Shown: in pieces, positions 60,622 through 64,000 of the stretch
Layout of the letters: each line of letters opens with the position of its first letter
How positions within the stretch are numbered: position 1 is the first letter of the stretch
From: Mytilus trossulus
Lineage: Eukaryota
Direction of reading: 5' to 3'
Length of the DNA stretch: 64,000 nucleotides
NCBI RefSeq assembly: GCF_036588685.1
Contig: NC_086381.1
Span: forward strand, 54,002,001-54,066,000
Translations under genes and position numbers: made by a program
The notes under the pieces: generated by a model
What the model saw: only the letters and a program-made list of their open reading frames with translations
Told to the model about the DNA's origin: nothing
Database searches by the model: none

Positions 60622-63600
60622 CTTTTAATGCCCCCGCCGTAGCAAAGGGGGCATCAAGTTTTACAATTGTCCGTATGTACGTCCGTCCGTCCACTGTACG
60701 TCTCAAAGTTGGTTTCCGTTCTCTTACTTTAGTTTGCATCAACCAAATGTTATGAAACTAATACACAATGCTCATTACCACATAATGCAGATCAAGTTCG
60801 AAACTGGGTGACATCACTTTTACCGTTCTTTAGTTATTCCCCTTCAGTAACATACACGTTGATGAATTTTCCTTTCAGTTATCATACTTTAGTTTGCCTC
60901 AACTACATGTTATGAAACTTATACACAATGCTTATTGCCATATGACACAGATCAAGTCTGTTTTTTGGAGGCATCACTTATACCGTTCTAGAGTTATGCC
61001 GTTTACCAGAAGTCCATTACTAGACGAAGTGTGCAACCCGCTATGTAGTAAGGCGATCACGTTGTCCCCGTACTTTCAACTGTGATTGAAACGGGATTTG
61101 AGCGAGATTGCTACAAGTGCTACAAAAATCAATGGCCACATTTTTTGTGATACATTCTGGAGAGAGATCATTTATGCAAAACACCCTATAACTTAATTAG
61201 CACACAGTTGAAAATAATGTTTGACCATCGACATGTTAATGAATTGCAGAACCTATATGCCTTATTATATCAGTGCCATGAGTCATTATGATGGTTTTAA
61301 TATTAAATGATGAAAAATGTTAGTATAATTCATTTATTTAAAAACTGCAACTATAACAGTAGAAAAATTGTAAGAGGAAATTAGAAAAGCTCACTTCTAA
61401 GTACAATGAACGCTTGGTTTTAGAGTTAATTGCGAAACAATTGCCATTAAAAAAAAATTTGCAAGGAAACATAAGGTCGGACAATTGTGTATCCATATAC
61501 AGTACAATAAACACTGGAGTATTAGAAATGAGTTTAATTATGTTAATAGGAATACACTTTATATTAGAATTTTTATATATTTAAAGAATATTTGTTACGA
61601 TTTACAATTTTCAAGAAATAAGATTTTTTTTTAAAGTTACATGGGATTTCTGTAGATATAACCATTTTTTGCAACAACAAGAAACACAAGAAAGAGGGGA
61701 AAATAATGGTATGCCCTTTCTTCAATTTCGAATATCTTCAATCCTGCGTAATTGAGATCTAGACGGTAATACTACCTCGGTGATGGTGTGGACGAACAAC
61801 ATTTTATTTATACATTTCAGTTACAAAGATATATTGTTACATTTATCCGTTAAAATACATGTCAAAATGCAGTTAATAAGCGAGGTTAAAATTATAGGAA
61901 AACTTGCCATCACGAACTTTGTAAACAAATGAGTAATACATATATATTCCTTATGTAACAAGTATACTTCATATACTGAAATATGACAAAGTCCTACTTC
62001 AAAAACCTAGCTGTAGTACACTTTGATTTAATGTGTTCAACTTAATACTAACTCAATCTCAAGGGTTAAGCTGTTATTTAGAAAAATAAAGTAATCCCTG
62101 GAAATTTCCGGTTTCAACAGTAAAACTATTTCTTACATGTTTGGGGTGTATACTTTATTAGCACTGAGCCATGTCAGGTTAGAGGAGGACTTCAGCCTGG
62201 CATCCTGACCCAATATAATACTTCGCCGATCAGCTATAGGCAGGATCCCAGGCTATTTTAAATCAAGTACCTCGCGTATTAAGGATAAATTTTATGATAT
62301 CTGATGTTAAATAACAATTACGAAAACTCGTTGATGGGATTTGCATAATATATTTGCCACTGAATGTTAAGCTAGCAACACAGGAATGGATAAATCATTT
62401 TTTTTTAATCCGCATGGTCTACAGAGGTCTTCAGTCTCGTGTGTATAAAATTACAAAAAAGGGACTTTTACACGTTGCAAGACGACTCACGTATATATTT
62501 TATGATGGCAGACGTAATGAGGGACAGACAGTAGTTTTATAAAGTATTATCTTAATTTAAAAAAGCTTAAAAAAACCAACAAGAAACTTTTGAAATTCGA
62601 AATTGTTTTGAAGTCATCTGAAGCAACAAATGGTCAGATATTATTGTATTTTGGTAGCAGTGAAGAAAACCCCCAGTATTTTGCTTATACATAAACGTAT
62701 ATATCTTCATTGGTGCTGTAAGTAACCGAGACATAATTCGTCAACACAACGTTCTATTTAAAATTATAAAAAAAAAATATATATTTGAAAAAGACGATAC
62801 ATTCTTAGTCCGACACGACAGATTTGATAGTTCATCAATCATTTGCCTTTGCGCGATGAAAAATGGTACCAATGAACTCGTTTATAGAATTGTATATCAT
62901 TTTCTAAATGTTGAATTCAAATGAAGAAGTTAAATAACTGACAATAAAAAACCACCGCACTTAGTCGGCTCACTTTTTTTTTTTACAACAAACTGATAAT
63001 TAATCAAACACTCAAGACTTATTAACAGCAATCTGTTCGATAATAACATTTCTAGCCATGATTCCATAGTTATAAAACGAGATTTTGGGGGACCACCAAT
63101 TGCGCTTTCAAGGGGACATCGTGATTGCCTTACTATATAGCGCAGGTTGCATACGTCGTCTAGTAATGGACTTCTGCTTTTACAAATGGAAAAATTGCTG
63201 AATTGTTCGTTTCCATTCTCTAACTTTAGTTTGCCTTACATAACCAAATGTTATGAAACTTATACACAATGTTTATTACCACATAACACAAATCAATTTG
63301 GAATTTTGGTGGGGTCAGTTTTACTGTTCTAGAGTAATGCCCCTTTACAAATGAAAGAAATCGCTGAATTTTTCATTTTAGTTTTCTTACTTTAGTTTGC
63401 TGTAACCAAATGCAATGAAACTTAAACACAATGCTAATTACTTCATAACACAGATCTAGTTTTGAATTTTGGAGGCATCACATATATCGTTCTAGAGTTA
63501 TGCCCATTTACAACTGGAACAATTCAGAATTTGTTGTTTCCGTTCTCTTTCTCAAGTTTGCCTCAATCAAATGTGGTGAAACAAAATGCTTATTACCACA

Positions 63601-63730
63601 AAACTCAAATCAGGAACAAATTTGGGCAGTATCACTTTTACTGTTCTTGATTTATGTTCCTTTATAACGTTTAATGCAAGCAGAGGCATCCTCGATCTGT
63701 GTCCCATGGAAACATTCCCCATTTATTATT
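60622..63730. mobile_element. Helentron-associated (HINE/DINE-like) element with a ~165-bp tandem array, split by an insertion
   Basis: Hairpin atgccccc..gggggcat, (GTCC)n microsatellite, repeated ccaaatgttatgaaactt units at 60745-61005 and 63180-63660. Confidence 0.7.
61007..63176. mobile_element. 2.17-kb non-autonomous DNA transposon with ~60-bp TIRs (P- or hAT-like CA...TG termini)
   Basis: cagaagtccattactagacga..tgcaacc..gctat.tagtaaggc.atcacg.tgtcccc mirrored at 63112-63176; 7-bp flanking duplication cgtttac/cttttac. Confidence 0.8.
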
Positions 63731-64000
63731 AAATATTCCGTTAGCAGAGAGTACTGATACAATCAGTTACTATGATCATAGACATATTTTATACAGTTAC
63801 GATTATCTGTCAATATTTTTGTCCACAAGTTACGATTATCTTCTTTTTGAGTTACGATGATCTTCCGTAAATTTTCGATGGCTACTATATCGGTAACAAG
63901 GCCATATATGATACTGAGAACACACACACACACAACAATATTGTAAATATCAACCTAGCGACTGAGTAATTCTTGAAAACAACGCGTGTACACGGAGAAA

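Overview
AT-rich, repeat-dense animal genomic DNA. The repeat landscape suggests a bivalve such as a mytilid mussel, but that is inference. The dominant feature is a young, near-complete Penelope-like retroelement of the Naiad type on the - strand (53294-58070). It has an N-terminal GIY-YIG, a CxC linker, a C-terminal RT and a 1.4-kb partial tandem copy, and many older Naiad fragments are scattered through the window. The most notable observation is in the 3' regions of other, apparently Naiad-related repeat families, two copies of which lie directly downstream of RT remnants. They carry a motif fitting a circularly permuted (type-P5) twister self-cleaving ribozyme, with pseudoknot covariation between copies (best copy 47600-47667) and paired palindromes where P1 should be. 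Also present: (i) a decayed Ngaro-type tyrosine-recombinase retrotransposon with split direct repeats, whose core is replaced by an antisense Asn-rich repeat; (ii) a complete small secreted galaxin-like Cys-repeat gene (-); (iii) an orphan multi-exon gene (+); (iv) two paralogous 11-residue-periodic Trp-repeat pseudogenes and an FN3 pseudo-exon; (v) Helentron-like, Kolobok-like and other TIR non-autonomous elements. All calls were made by eye, and family names rest on recognised motifs, not database searches.
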